Source: Eledone cirrhosa (taxonomy: Eukaryota). From it: DNA of 64,000 nucleotides. The stretch lies in contig CAXHJY010000080.1 of NCBI GenBank assembly GCA_964016885.1, positions 1 through 64,000 on the forward strand, read 5' to 3'. Of the stretch, positions 63,513 through 64,000 are shown piece by piece. Position numbers and translations under genes: made by a program. The stretch's first letter is position 1. Every line of letters begins with the position of its first letter. Below the pieces are notes generated by a model. The model searched no databases, was not told the DNA's origin, and was given only the letters and a program-made list of their open reading frames with translations.

Positions 63513-64000
63513 GTACGTATATTACGTAGATTATGTCAGTTGTTGTCGTTTCTTTCATGTCGGTCAACATCACTTTGTAGTGTCATTCTACATATTAATT
63601 GTACACATGTTTATTGTGTTACATCTAATCTGTCTCCTTGGTCAATCATTTCTTTTGTTGTTCTTGCTGAAATTTCAGTTGAACGAGGTTTTGTTTTGTA
63701 TTTGATCGATTGTAAATGTTGTTGTTACTGTTCACTATCAATGATATTTGTTCATATTATTATACACATAACAGTTTATATTTTGTCCAATATGTTTGTG
63801 AGAAATATTCAATTGAAAATATAATCAAATTGACACAATTATAGAATTAGATATTCTGTTTTGTCTATGTATTGTGATGGGCTGTTGCCAGAATTTGTAT
63901 ATTCATAAGTAATATTCAATTATATTTGTTCACATTGCAGAATATGTTCTCTCTAATGTGAATTATTATTGAAATTATTTCTTTTCTATGTGTTAATATC

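Larger units (their letters stand above)
10175..64000 (+). repeat. Tandem array of 33 near-identical 1638-1659 bp units (VWA exon + intron + linker exon + intron), truncated by window end
   Basis: Same 185-aa ORF recurs at spacings of 1638-1659 bp; intron text is also nearly identical between units. Confidence 0.99.

Noticed and set aside
10307-63529. 33 independent 185-aa (or 213-aa) single-exon VWA genes, as the ORF track suggests
   Set aside because: They begin at GTG/TTG inside or before an exon, lack a signal peptide, have an acceptor 29 nt upstream of the GTG and a donor 17 nt before the ORF end; the GTYIT tail is intron read-through. The 213-aa versions arise from one intronic SNP removing a TGA.
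10497-63824. Recurrent 72-aa, 60-aa, 74-aa, 71-aa and 109-aa ORFs in the units
   Set aside because: Alternate-frame or antisense shadows of the VWA exon, or T-rich intron ORFs that appear and vanish with 4-bp indels and SNPs; recurrence is due to the repeat itself
10175-64000. CRISPR array, transposon array or Dscam-like mutually exclusive exon cluster
   Set aside because: No unique spacers, no transposase/RT or terminal repeats; exons are nearly identical and alternate with linker exons, which fits serial inclusion better than one-of-many choice
10175-64000. Pure assembly artefact from one or two copies
   Set aside because: Units carry structured, shared, position-dependent variants and no exon frameshifts, unlike random consensus error; exact copy number still needs read support

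Overview
AT-rich animal genomic DNA; the SINE, microsatellite and intron style suggests a mollusc, possibly a cephalopod (inference only). The window is almost entirely an internal part of one + strand spliced gene encoding a giant von Willebrand factor type A (VWA) repeat protein. It starts with a divergent VWA exon (1591-2136) and two 18-nt Pro/Thr micro-exons. Then comes a tandem array of ~1.64-1.66 kb units from ~10.2 kb to beyond the window end. Each unit has a 570-nt VWA exon with intact MIDAS, a ~0.8 kb intron, a 39-nt linker exon (VRPEVTTPHPKPP) and a ~235-bp intron. I count 33 VWA exons and 32 linker exons, all phase 1-1 and all open, giving about 6,880 codons if every exon is included. 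Units are near-identical in introns as well as exons, and shared variants show higher-order duplications. The unique introns before the array hold a tRNA-SINE remnant, a 21-bp minisatellite, TA microsatellites and an inverted-repeat element carrying hammerhead-ribozyme-like motifs (Penelope-like). Neither the gene start nor its end is visible. The '185 aa ORFs' in the track are exon read-throughs, not separate genes.
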